Assembly: GCA_002189035.1 (NCBI GenBank)
Contig: NEEC01000018.1
Location: 2,046,001-2,110,000 of the forward strand
From: Utricularia gibba
Taxonomy: Eukaryota; Plantae; Magnoliophyta
Length of the DNA stretch: 64,000 nucleotides
Direction of reading: 5' to 3'
The notes beneath the pieces were generated by a model, which was not told the DNA's origin, ran no database searches, and worked only from the letters and a program-made list of their open reading frames with translations. Position 1 is the stretch's first letter. Each line of letters begins with the position of its first letter. The position numbers and the translations under genes are program-made. Of the stretch, positions 13,435-26,301 are shown one piece after another.

Positions 13435-14122
13435 TCAATCTTCATCCATTTCCATTGCAGAAGGTAGTTTTCCATCGTGGTCCTCATCCACCGCAAACAA
13501 AGCTACAGCGACGCTAGAAAGTTCGGATGGTGTGAATCTGACTCGTGGTCGCTTCGGAGCATTAGGAGGTTCAATGTCTTCAGAACTAATAGTGTCAGCA
13601 TTTGGGAACTTCAATAACTTCCTTGGTGTGCAAAAGGCAAAATGAAATTCCTTTGCAATCAACGCCTGTGGAGACAATAACTTCAGTAAGTTTATAAAGC
13701 CAGGAATGAAACATAACAGATAAGCGGCAGCTTACTGCTTCTTTCACAGCTTTGGAGACGAGCAGTAACTGCTTCAAATCATCATGCTCCACTCCACAGA
13801 GTATTGTAATCTGCAAATCGAAATTCATTTAACCGGAATGTTCGAAATAGAAATGCAAAAACACACAAGTAAAGAAAAGTTGGGAGTACCAAACAGAAAT
13901 GGAACGAACCAGGATATCCTGAGGCAAATTCTCAAGGGGAGAAACTGATTTCTCAGAACAGAAGGATGAATTCAAAGAGCAAGGCCTCTTCAACGTTTTG
14001 CTCAAAGGAGGGGATTCCTCATCGTCTCTTAAATAGAGACAACCCCTAAGTAAAGCTATCCTTTTTCGTCTCAATGAAGTACTCCTCAACAGCTCAATTC
14101 CACCACCTACGTCTATCACCAT
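13435..14122 (-). CDS. F-box stress-induced (FBS/SKIP27-like) protein
   Basis: Three exons: TSLRRKRI; LENLPQDILV-ITILCGVEHDDLKQLLLVSKAVKEA; ALIAKEFHFAFCTPRK...EPPNAPKR. The start codon is uncertain. Confidence 0.85.
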
Positions 14123-14926
14123 ACCTTAAAACTGAGAAAGAACAATTTTTGGCGAAGCCCACCAAAACTTTTCAGAAACCCAGGTCAAGAAATCTACAGG
14201 CGAAATCCAGAATAATGAAACCCCTAAATATGACCACACCCCACAAAATTTACCTCCCAGGTGGAGAAAATCACGGTAACAGATACGGGAAAAAAGACAC
14301 TGCGAACAATTAATTAAACAATCAAGGAAGAAGATTGAAAGGAGGGTTCTGGAGAGGAAACCAGAATATACTCCCAGAATACTTCCCAACTAGAATATCT
14401 GATTCACAAATAAAAATCAAATCTTTTCCGACTCTTCCTTTTATCCTCTCTCGTGGGTATTTTAAACTGGTGGGTTGTTAAGCTTGGGTGGGCTTCCGCC
14501 GCAAGGAAACTAGCCGTTTGAGGAGGACACGTGTTGCGTTGGTATTGGCTCCATGTAGTCGCCAAAGACGTCTCCCGTAAGCTCTGAGATCGACGGTAAG
14601 AATGTATGCTGACGTGGACGAGAATGAGTCTTCTGAACAAGGCCTTAGAAATTACAAGAAAGCCCTTAAAAATCTTATATTTACTGGTATTAATTTATTT
14701 AATGTATTAAAATATGAATGCAATCGAACGAATAACGATTCTATTTCAAATACAATATTAATTTAAATTCTTATTTTATTAAAAATAGAATCAAACGCAA
14801 ATTTATTATTTATTTTAATTTTTTAGTAAATACATTACATTTTCTTAATGTAATTTTCAAATTAGCAAATCCTTTGATAAACTATACCTAACAGAACTTG
14901 ATGACCAGTACGTACACAGGAGAGTT

Positions 14927-16461
14927 TCAAGCCACAGGCTGCGCAACGGTATCTCCGCCGGCGGAAATGGCGGCATGGGAAGCTGCCTGATCACTCCCAG
15001 GAGCAGGCGGTGGTTGAGCAACGGCATCTCCGCCGCCGGGAATGGCGGCATGGGCAGTGGCCTGATCTCTCGCAGGAGCAGGCGGTGGTTGCGGTAGCAA
15101 GTGCGGAGGGGTAGTATGCTTCAACTTCACCAGTATTGCCCGCAACCTTGATAGATCGGTTGGTTTCCCCGGCTTTGGCCCTTGGATTGCGGTTATTGAT
15201 GGCTTTTTTTCCTGGTCCTTCTTTATCCTCTTCTCAATGCTGGGAATCTCATTGGGAATCAGCTCCGCGATCGATTTCCAGTATTGTTTGTCAGCCTCCT
15301 TGTGGAACTTTTCTTGACTTGCTGCATATAACTGGTCAATATGGGAGAATTACTACAAGATATTGGCATGATAGAAACAGGACATGTGCTCTGGATCAAG
15401 ATCATTGATCCTCTAAATGCACTGTAAGTAGTACTGGTACAAAATACCGAGATTCAATGAAAGCATGATGGCTGTGGATGAAACTCATGAAGAGCCTGGT
15501 TAAAATGTTTAATCACAGAAGAAATCACAGCGAACATGAAAAGGGGAAAGGAGAATGCCGAAAGGTTTCTGCCTGGTTAAAATGGAATAGCAACACTCAA
15601 ACAGTTTCAATAAACTGCCTGCCATCAGCATTGGTTCTGTGAGTAGTATTACCTTTTCTTTCTCTCTGTTGCCCGTCTTGTTGGACTCTACATGGAGCAA
15701 TCTTTTCTCATAAAAGGCTTGCTTGAACTCTTCTGCCTCTTCCACGATTTTGTTTATCAATTCCCTTTCCCTTTTCTCCTTCTCCTCCAGCCTCACAGCA
15801 TTTAGCCTGGAAACCAGAAAAGGGAACCATGCATATAATGTAAAGCTTTCTCCTTTGGTAACCCAAGGATTGATCAGTAGAATCGAAAAAAAAACATGCT
15901 TTGAGAAATATCTGATCCCTTAAGCAGCAGCAGCACAGCTAATATCCTTAATATGATGTTCAACGATATCACTAATCAGTGGCATGAATCTAAAGCAAAC
16001 AAAGTAGTCACAGAAATTTATACAATCATGCGAGTTTCATCCATGGCAACGAAAAAGGGGCCGATTGAAACGCTGCTAGATCCAAAGCCGGAAACGAAAA
16101 CCCTAATAGGAGAAATATCAGACCTTCGCCACTCACGAAGAGCAAATCCTTCTTCCACCATGTCACCTGGCACCGGAAGAATTGGGCTACCGGAGGTGAA
16201 TAATCCATCAGATTCGAAAGGCGATTTCCCACTGCCACTCGAGTCCGGAACTGTACCAGAATACCCAAAATCCTCACGATCCGAACCGAACCCAAACGGG
16301 TCCGAAATGCTGACGCGATCCACAGCCACTTCCTCGGACCCCGGGTACTCCGCACCATCGTCGCCCCCAGCCGCCGCCTGCGGTGTAGCCTCGTCGCCGA
16401 AAGCAACGTACCCTGCGCCATCAAAGGAACGCGACGCCAAATCGCCATCGTAAGATGCCAT
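14927..16461 (-). CDS. CLC: Clathrin light chain
   Basis: Three exons: [11 protein letters not shown]; [15 protein letters not shown]...NREKEK; [30 protein letters not shown]...[20 protein letters not shown]. Confidence 0.93.
14943..15092 (-). repeat. 75-bp (25-aa) tandem duplication in the CLC C-terminal tail
   Basis: [25 protein letters not shown] / [25 protein letters not shown], visible at the DNA level. Confidence 0.9.
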
Positions 16462-17076
16462 CTCTACCTCCCCCCACCGCAAGGTCGCCCTCCGTTGATT
16501 CCTTCGCGCCTTCACCTTCACCACCAAGCCGCAGCAAAATTGCCGGTACGGTTCAACACGTTTCAGACAAATCTGGTTATTTTCATTTTAAAAAAGATTA
16601 AAAAATTGCCATACAAAAGGCACATTAATGTTTTTAAAATGTATTTCAATTGGATTTATTTCTCTTTTTAATTATTTTTATAATTCATATGATTAAATAT
16701 GAATATGCATGTTTTTCAATAATATAAAATTTCAAAAATTATATAAAAAGTATACTAAAAAATCTCACACGCAAAAACATTATAAAATTATAAATTATGA
16801 AAGAAAGGGTTTGTATTGAATTGGGTTTTAAAATATTCAATAATTAAATTAAATGCTTGTCTAAGTATCATTATTAATCTTCATTTTTTAACAAAATAGA
16901 TAATTACATTTCTGGGTTTCTGAATCATATTTCTTTTTTAGGGTTTTTATTTTGCAATATATGCACACAATCTTCTAGAAGCTGTAGTAATAACAGAACA
17001 GTGAGAGCGAAGAGAATGCAGGTGAAAGGAAAGAGGGGAGAGGTTAAAAGTTAAAAACTTCACTTCTCCCATCGCT

Positions 17077-17343
17077 CTAGTGGAAGACAACGATAACCCA
17101 AAGGATCCTCTTGTCTGGGAGTGTTTGTAAGTTTGTCTGCGGCAGTGAGCAGCAGCAGGTTCTCTGCTGTTGCTCTGCGAAGCCATCATCGAAGTTGAGT
17201 GAATAGCTGTAAGGATCATACTGGAACTTGAACTGCTGCTTCCTCTTGCTTGAGCCTCTCTTCCTCACTGTTGCTCTCAGTTTCCAGTACATGCTCTTGC
17301 ACTGTTTCCTGCCAAGATCATGGAGTTTCTCCACCAGTCCCAT
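17077..17343 (-). CDS. Small uncharacterised plant protein with FQYDPYSYSLNFDDG motif
   Basis: Intronless ORF with YWKLRATVRK followed by the YDxxSYxxNFDDG motif seen in a family of short plant proteins. The start is taken at MGLVEK (uncertain). Confidence 0.75.
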   Translation of the reverse strand: MGLVEKLHDLGRKQCKSMYWKLRATVRKRGSSKRKQQFKFQYDPYSYSLNFDDGFAEQQQRTCCCSLPQTNLQTLPDKRILWVIVVFH

Positions 17344-18606
17344 TGTTGGCTGCAGGAGTTTGCGAGGGTCTGGCTGGAGGTCTGCTTTCTGGATCAAACT
17401 GGAGGAGGAGGAGGTGTATCAGAAAGTGGTGCTTGCCCACAAGCAAAGAACGGACGAGAGAAAACTAACAAATCTTGACAGAAAAAGCAGCAATTATCTG
17501 CAGAATGTAGCTGTGTTCCTTCAACTGAATCAAGTAAAAGAATTTGTTTCATCAAGAACCAGAGATGAGGAAAAAGAAGCAAGCTGATGTATGGAATAGT
17601 TTGGTTGGGATCCACTCAAAGCTAAGTAAATGGAACGAAGGCTTTCAACTTCCACCGAGAACAACAGACATTAATTAGCAAGAAGAACGACAAGTCTGTC
17701 TCTATAAAATGTAAACTGGGTTCCACCCCAAATCAAGAAAAAGACCATTCTTCAATCAACAACCACAAATAAGAAACCAGCAAACCTCTACAGAATCAAG
17801 TATCTGAAGATGGGCATCATTCTCCTCCAATTTCTTCAACAGGGGACGGACAATGGAGGTCGATCTTCCCTCCTTGACAATTGAAAAGGATCCCCGGAGG
17901 AGAAAAATCTAATGGGTATTTGGAGGCAAAGGGTGAGGAGGGGGTGGAGTACGAGTCCTCTCCTGCGAAGTGCAGTTATGTTTGCATCGGGGGAAACAAA
18001 TTCCATATTTTTTCTCTTGTGAAAACTGGCAAAAGACGCAATATTGCAGTGGGGGGGATCCGCCATTGGCTGGCTGCAAAGCGGACTCAGAGAGAGACTG
18101 AGAGGAGGAGCCCCCACAACTGTGCAGTGCTTACATATCACTAGTATAATAAAAGAAGGTTGGTTGGTTGGTCTGTAAGTAATGTTTTCGTGTATACATT
18201 AACGCCTCTGCGTTTATGTCTCACATGCTCTGGTCTTTATCACCATTGCCTTTTCTGCAACAAATCACTCGCTTTTCAAACAAAAAAAAAGAAAAGAAGT
18301 CTTACGTTGGACCTCCTCTCTTAACTGCCCCAAGTTTTATATGCATTGGATGTCCTAAAGCTGCAGTCTTTGGGATTGGGGACGATGGCAGATTATCAAT
18401 GCCATCCATCTCTTCCCAAAGCGCGATCTGTGTAAAGCACATTAGATCTTGCGTTCTAGTAGAAACAAACCAGATGGAAAGACATCTTGTTATAAAAATA
18501 AACTGACTACCGATCCAAGTCTTCTACTCCCAAAAGAACATCAGAATCCGTCCACCAGAAAGAAGACAGTGCAAAATTTTATAATAAAAACTGTAAGAAT
18601 CTAGAA

Positions 18607-20831
18607 CTAACGTGGCCTTTTGGAACGATGGTGTCCGAGCTTCATCAGCTGAGCTGCAAGAGGAGGTCTTCTGTTGTGTTCCTGAAGCATCGAAGGAAGA
18701 TGAGTACTTGAAACTTTTATATAGACATTCTACTCACTTTTTCCTAGTGAAACTTTTATACGCACTCCGATGCGGGTCACAAACTGGCATGACGTGCAAT
18801 GAACCGCAGGCGCGCCGTGTGGATACATGAGGAAGACGGAACACCCTCCACAGTGAACTTGGCCAACTTCATGCTCTGCAAAGCATGAATGGGAAAGTGA
18901 TCGATACAAGCACATAAAGCTTTAAAATGGAGTGTGGTTTACCTTCCAGGGCAAAGTTGAGTTCCTTGCATGATGGACATTGCACCCATTTTGTCCCAGC
19001 AGGATACAAGCATAGGTTTCTGCAAGTACCACACACTAGCTGGGCCTTTTCTGGCGCTGCACAACAATGCAGGTCTTCAGGTAGTGTGAAAGGGCTTGCT
19101 TTCTCACGCAATGGTGAATCAAACACCATAACGTGGGAGAAAAACAAAGAGAGAAAGAAAACAGCGTGGCAAACCAACCAGGAGAAGATAAGGGCCCAGG
19201 TGAGGGTGGAAGCTGCTGTTGTGCAGATGTATGGTTGTCCGTTGGGATGCTATCAGAATCGTTCTCATCATCTGTTTTCTTCCTGAGGTCTGAATAACCA
19301 AACCATTCACCAGATTTCCAACTAAGTACATGATAGATAACTTGTCAACACGCTAGCTAACATCCCCAGCATGCATAGACAGGATGCGGAATAATACAAG
19401 TAAAAAAATCTACTGTGAAGGCATCAGGAATTCAATGCGCTGCATAAGGGGATCAACTAAACATACCATCATGCACTTCCAAGGATGGCACTTCCGGAAG
19501 CCATGTACTTGTGACTGAACTCCTTGACAAAGGCAAGAGTTCTGACTCCGATGGCTGGTTAGTCGGATGACGATGTCCACTAAAAACGCCATTGTGCATT
19601 TCTGAGGATGAATTCTGCTCCGGAAGCAGTGAATTCTCAGCTGAATTTCTTGATACAGGCAAGAGCTCCGAGTCCAATGGAGGCACTTTTTCATCAGTAT
19701 CTGCTGCAATTGTCAGTTTGCTTTCTAACTCAAGACCTACATCACCCAAATGTACGAAGATGAAGTCATAAAAAAGTATCCATTCCAAACAGTGCAACAT
19801 ATTCTTCCAAATTGACCACCATAAACTCACCAGAAGGTAGACTTGATGATGACTCCTGAAGAGGCATACAAGAATTTGCCTCGACCCTGGTCGGTAATAC
19901 AGCTTCCCACCCTGGTGGTGGCCCTTCATCTAAATCATCATCACTGTCTGTCTTTGTATCTGAGATGCCTACAGAAAATGCCATTGGGAGCATTATTCCA
20001 GACATCCTCACGATATTCTAACGCATACTAAGTATCATCAAAAGGCAGACAAGAGCAGGGGCAACATCATATTCATTGGTATGATGAAGAAAATGGATAG
20101 AAATTTTCTCAAGCAAAACTGACTCGTAAGTTGAGTTTTCATTGCAATAAAATGCTTATTATCTGCTACAAATCTCGTCCTCTTTTTACAACTATACCTC
20201 TGAAATTCACGAGCTTTACTAGAGAAGAGTGAAAACCAACCTGCGGTGTTCGGTGAACTTTTAGTTGATTCGTTTAAAGGATTTCTAATCTCCCAACCAG
20301 GTGGAGGGCCATCTGCATCATCTTCATCCCCATCACCACCGCTATTTTCTTTTTGGCTGCTGCTCGAGCTATCTGAAGAACCAGTAAGTGTTCATAAAAT
20401 TCATTCATGAAAAATGTGAGCCTAATTCTATATATGAATAACATGTTACTGGAAAAAATGCATCGATCAACATCGCTCAAGAAAATGAGACAACCGAGAT
20501 GTTCAAAAAGCATCAAGTTACAAAACCAAATTCTAGAAGCATTCGCGGTAGAAAACGAATTCAAGAATAAATTGAACTCCAGGGCAAATATGCTATTTTT
20601 TCTCTAACCTGGAGAAGCCTGGGCGGGTTTGGGAACGATGGAGTCAAACCCAGGTGGCGGACCATCTTCATCTTCCTCCTCATCCAAACTATCGTGAACC
20701 TCAGCTTCCTTCGGAAGCGGCGGCGGCAGTGGAGTAATGATGCACACGAACCCAGGAGGCGGCCCATCGTCGTCGTCCTCTTCCTCTTCTTGTTCTCGCG
20801 CAGTCGTCGTTTCTTCTTCCACGTTTCCCAT
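18607..20831 (-). CDS. LOL2: LSD1-like zinc-finger protein LOL2 with an expanded acidic/proline-rich N-terminus
   Basis: Two LSD1-type fingers (AQLVCGTCRNLCLYPAGTKWVQCPSC; VGQVHCGGCSVFLMYPHGAPAVHCTSC) and last exon EHNRRPP. Five upstream exons join in frame through phase-1 GT-AG introns. Confidence 0.85.
19451..19680 (-). repeat. 123-bp (41-aa) tandem duplication inside LOL2 exon 4
   Basis: SELLPVSRNSAENSLLPEQNSSSEMHNGVFS vs SELLPLSRSSVTSTWLPEVPSLEVHDGMFS. The period is measured from ACTAAA at 19456 and 19579. Confidence 0.85.
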
Positions 20832-21491
20832 GTTTTGACGCTAGTACACTATGACTGGAGTAAGGATCTTCTTTCTCCTGCGTTTCTCCAACTACTTCAA
20901 TTGTTCATTAACCTTTGAAGCTACAAGTATCCATCCACAGTATCAAAGCCAAAAATGCACTTTTTTTTTCATAAAAATTGAAGCTTTAGATGAATTTTTG
21001 GCTCTTCCTCAAATGGGTCTTCAGATCAAAACTTGCAGAACTGTGAAATCGATGATCAAGCCGATGTACTTTTTTCAAAAAAAAAAATTCTCAAATGTAG
21101 GAAATATTCATCAGTTTAAACGTAACTGAACAACAAGAAATTGAGCTATATATGCACAATGAAAAATGCACAGTACATGTAGATGACCAAGTATGTCTAT
21201 GTGGCATGGTTTCTGACTCTGCTATCATCCCTTCAAGAGAAAAAAGGATGGACAAGAAACTCATCAAATATACCACCAACTGCTTCATCATCAACTTCCT
21301 TTCCACGTTCAACAAAACGCTTGTAACGAATCCCGGAGATACACAACTGAAGACAATGCAATGGGATCTACTGCACCGCATCTCCTGTAGCCAGTGTAAC
21401 TGTGTAACTCTGCTCTCATCAAGGCGGGTAAGTAACTTCCCAGCACTCTGAGGTAAACAAGGAATCATGATTCCTGTTCCAAGAAAGAAAC

Positions 21492-24400
21492 TCATTTCCT
21501 GCTCAGATCTTTACCACCGGAAACAATTTTCCGGTGGCGCCGGGAGTGCCGGTCTTTCCCATGCTTTGTGGGAATTTTCTTCATTGGACTAGTTGTATAG
21601 CCCTCAGATAGAGTAAACCACCGCTGGGATTTATTCTGTCTATCACCATTCATGATTAAGGGTGTTGAAGGATGAGTGTTGGGAATATCAACAAAGGTTG
21701 GTGGTGGTGGCGGTGGCATCTGCTCAAGTATGTCTCTGTGATAACCCTGTGGAAGCAGACGAAGCAAAGCAAATTATGTGATAATATACGAGTTCAAAAC
21801 ATTTCAGCTCACAATTGAAGAGAAGTGAAGGAGGAGTAAACTTAGATAAAATGCGCCACCAAAGTTAAAGCAAGAGTACCTGTATCACAAAGTCACGTCT
21901 TTCACAATCCAGGAACATATTGATGCTATAGTTAGTTCTGGACCAGATCTTGTCCCGTACAGTAGAAAAACTTAGCTGATCTCTCGATGTAAATCGATCA
22001 ACTTCGTTAAACCAAAGACAGGTGAAGAGATTGGTAATGGGAATGTGCTCCCTGATTATAACACACCCTTCAGGGACATCTAGAATGCAACAATTGACTA
22101 CAGTTTAGAAACAAAACACACTGAGAAATTATATCAGTAAAAAATGAGCTAATAATGGTTCTACCACTAGTAATGGGCAGCTTGTTCGAAGAATATGGAG
22201 TTAAACCCTCCCTCTTGTAAAAGTCTATCTGAAAATCAATGGAATTGTTATCATACTTAGCAGCGGCTTTATTAGCTTCAGCCTCTACAAATACATCAAA
22301 ACGCTTATAATGTCTTGATATGGCAAAGCTCGCATTGGCCCTCCACAAAAACCTGAATGTAAAGGAAAATCCATTTGCATTAATCCATCAAAAATGGTGA
22401 CAATGAAGGTTGCTTGTAGTTAGAGAGGTAAACCTTTCAAGGACTATAACTGGATCAACAACCAGCTCGAGTTTAGCATCAACCCACATTGAGTACCGGG
22501 CATTGGGAAAAAGTCGATGAAGAAGCAACTTTGGAATCTTATAGCCAAGTAAAATCAAAGAAGGAGAAAGACCATTAGTTATCTGATATCATATCCTTCG
22601 GTAGGAACTTTTGAAATTTTAATCAGTGTTCATGGTTCATCCAAAAAAAATTAAGAAATTCTACCTTCCCATTGCGTCTTGGATCAGAATATGGCAGGTT
22701 ATGGACAACAATAATCCTCCAGAGTCCAACTTTCATATCACTGCTAAGCTCTGATGAGTTCACAAGAAAATCCTTTGTCTCTTCATCGACAAACATATGA
22801 AAACACACATTGCTTTTGGAGTAGTCGCTCATGTTCTTTGGTTGCCGGATTATATCAAATGCCCCTGAGCAGAAGTACATGTAGACATTTAGTGAGCATC
22901 AAGATTTAAAAAAAAATAAAAAATCATGAAATTTAGCTATACCAAATATTGCCGATGCAATGACAATTCCTCTACAAGTTTCCATTTCAAGAAGATCCAA
23001 GTTATCAATTTCAAACCCCGACTGGTTGCCTGGTTTCACTCCCTTGGCAAACCTGTTAAGATGTTTTATGTAACAAAAGAATGCAAATAATGGAAAATTT
23101 TCAAAATATATCAAGTTGATGTCATCAAAAGCTCTACGTCTGAGTATCCCAAAGGAACTTATCATACCCACAATGTACATTCATGGACGCCTTTATGTCA
23201 TACGAATCATTCCTCTGCTGTAGAGATGGATATCCACCAAAGTCTGAACCTCCAAATTCGGATTTAGTTAAAGTTTCTTCGTGAATATATCTCAAATCTT
23301 TTATCACCGGAGAAAAGGATGATGATTTTGGCATTAAGGTAAGAGCAACTTCCAAAGGCAGATAGCACACAGGACATTCTGCAAGATTACAAAATAGGAA
23401 AACCAAAAAGATCAAACCATATTCCCCTAAATTATATCTTATTGAAACCAACGGCTTTACATGAGAAATTTGAAAATCAAAACTCACTACGGGGTCCAGT
23501 CCTTTTTTTATCTGCCGGAGGTGGAGGCAATGCAAAATTCTCACATGGATTTCCCGGAGGCAGCTTGTATCCAGTGAAGAAGACAAGTGGAGGTGAAGGT
23601 GCTGATGGAGATAGTATTGAATAATTTGTACTTACAGCAGCAGGTGATAAGTCAACCTCATTATCAGTTTGGCCAGGCACAATATTTTCGCGTACAACCC
23701 TGACCTCTCGAGGATCTACACCTGCAAGAAGGCATCTGTACAGTTGACTGAAAGTATTCACAATAAACAGAATGAAAAGGAGAGCAGTTCTCATGAGGAA
23801 AAAGTCTGAATTTATTATCGTATCTGCTACTGATTTTCATCATATCTCCTGTTAATGGACAATATATATCCTCTATTCCTCAAAAAGAGAAAAAAAAAAG
23901 CTCCTGCAAGAGATTTCATCTCAACTCAAAACTAGAAGATATACGTAATATAGATGTATGCAAGTATATGTATCTCACATGAAATAAGAATGCTGAACCT
24001 TCCCCAACTATTTAATCGATGGATGACTTCTTGCAGTGACAAAAGTAGATTCACATTACGGAAAAATCCATCTGGCTGCATCATTCACCAAAACATTTTC
24101 TATGCTAAAAGATTTCTCCAACTCCCTGAAGGTTTAAATGTTCTGAAAAAAGGCAAAGACTTTTTTTCTTTTTAATTTGCAAAAGCTTGGATTTTATCGT
24201 CTTTGTAGTTCTCCTTGACATGATTCATGCATTGCCTCCTAGTAAAAGCAAAGCCTGAACCAACGAAAAAGCCAAATGTGAAATCAGAAAGCCGCACCAA
24301 CCTTTGCCGACTAGGGACACCAGCGCGAGAAATGCAACAGAAACAACACACAAGAGGAGCATCCCCACCTCCCGTCGAGGACCTAATTTGAAGATGCAAT

Positions 24401-24557
24401 GTACTAGCTTCTCCTTCTCCTTGAGCATTTTAACCTTCCTACCTACTTGGGGTACATTATGAATCGGTGGTGAGGGCGATCCATTCTGAACCTGCAGCTG
24501 CTGTTGCAACGATCCACAACTTCCCGATGATCGAAGACCCAATGACCCAGTAGTCAT
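21492..24557 (-). CDS. DUF616 probable glycosyltransferase (MUCI70/TOD1-like)
   Basis: Multi-exon gene with an N-terminal TM and motifs GNPCENFALPPPPADKKRTGPR-PCPVCYLP, VASAIFG, VGLWRIIVVHNLPYSDPRRNGK-IPKLLLHRLFPNARYSMWVDAKL, DVPEGCVIIREH, RDQLSF. Confidence 0.93.
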
Positions 24558-26301
24558 TGTTCTCTAGTTAACACCCAAATTTCACTTCTCATGTCCCTGC
24601 TAACAAGCTGTAAAAAATAATCGAACTGATTGGTATTCCAGATCCGTAATCCACCAAAAAGAATACTTCTACTGCCCAGTAACAGTTCCTTTCTCCTCCC
24701 AACTTCAGATCTTCGCTCAAAACGAGCAATGTATCCGAACACGTAAATCCTTCTCTCTCAGGCAAAGTATACACACACACTGAAGTGTACCGCTCCAATA
24801 ATCAATGAAGCTTTTTCCGAAATAATCAATACACTAGCGCGATCACAATGTTTTCCCAAAACGACTTACAAGCAAGGGAAATCAATCAAATGCCTTTTTT
24901 TCCAATTAAAAGAGCCCCTCAACACCTGAATTCTCCCAGGAGTGCTTCACCATAACTAAAAACACCCCGATCTTGAAAATTCGCCAACTTGGAGTCCCAT
25001 TACGCTAACTCCTCCAAATCCCATAACAAAAAAACAAAAGATTGAACTCCCATTTTAGCGATCAACAAAGAATAAAACTTTGTCAAAATTCCCAAAACAA
25101 AAAGAAGCAAATAAACCAAAAAACAGTCAGACACTCGACATTTGGGGCCGAATAGGGTCAACTATGTTTTCAGAGACGGATTGAAATTTATACAGGCCAA
25201 GACAAGATTCACGGAACCTGTTCTTCTGACCTACCTATAAAATTACTTTCTTTTTTTTTCCATTCTTGAATTTCAAAGAAGCATGATCACAGTTCACAGC
25301 CCACCCACAGACGCACCTCCAAACCAATAGCATGAGGACCGTGGAGACCACACCTTAGTTATAACCTTCATCATGCATTTAATTATCTCTCCTAATCCTA
25401 ATCCCAATCCTAATCCTGACTTAATGACAAAATTACAGAGAAATAACTTTCAAAATGTGATGAATTTAATATGCTTAATGTGTAGAATTTGGAACAGAAA
25501 AATAACTTTGAAAATTTCAAAAATTCCCAAAAAAAAAAACTGGCAATGATTAGGTTTCCAGGTATGGGTGGAATATAATAGAGATGGGAGGGTAGGAATA
25601 TTAGGTGGCGGTGCAATGAGCCAACAGCAACAGGGTGCTCCTCATTGGTCAATCATTTTCAACCTACCTTGGTAATGGAATGGGCCGCCTTCCAATCAAA
25701 AGTGTTGATGATGGAATTTTTGTATTCAAAGTCAAAATTATTTTAGATATTGAATTTTAATACTAATACTCAAAATTATTGAATATCTGATAATTCTAAT
25801 ATGCATATATATTTAATTTTCATTTTTTTAATATAATTGCATTAATGAATATCTTCTTATTTGGTCTGATAATGTCCGAATTATAAATTTTGAAATTTCA
25901 AAATATTATTTTAGATTAAGTTTTATTGAATTATATTGATTAATTATTTTTATTAAAAAAAGATACTGGGCTATCGAGATTTTCCTTTTAGAGGCCCGTG
26001 TCGGTGGCAAAAACTACCTATTTATCGTATTTATTAATAAATATGGTGGACTTTCACGACCCCCATTCAAAAACGTATACGTGTCCGATACTTCTAGGAG
26101 GACACGTGTCAGGGCCGGAAGCTTCCCCAGAGAGGAAGAAGTCAGAAAACAGTCGCGGCCGTCGGCGGCGGACGCGGTTCACACTTTTTTATAATCCCTT
26201 GGAAATATTTAGGAACCTTCTTAATCCATATTTATTGGCAAATATTTTCTAATATATTCCATTATAGACGACCTCCTCCGGGTCTCCGTTATACACCGGT
26301 A

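Noticed and set aside
15494-15590. 14-bp direct repeat GCCTGGTTAAAATG in a CLC intron
   Set aside because: Short, with no associated structure or TSD; probably a small local duplication.
21091-21495. 134-aa ORF downstream of the DUF616 stop
   Set aside because: It lies in the presumed 3' UTR between DUF616 and LOL2 and has no recognisable domain.
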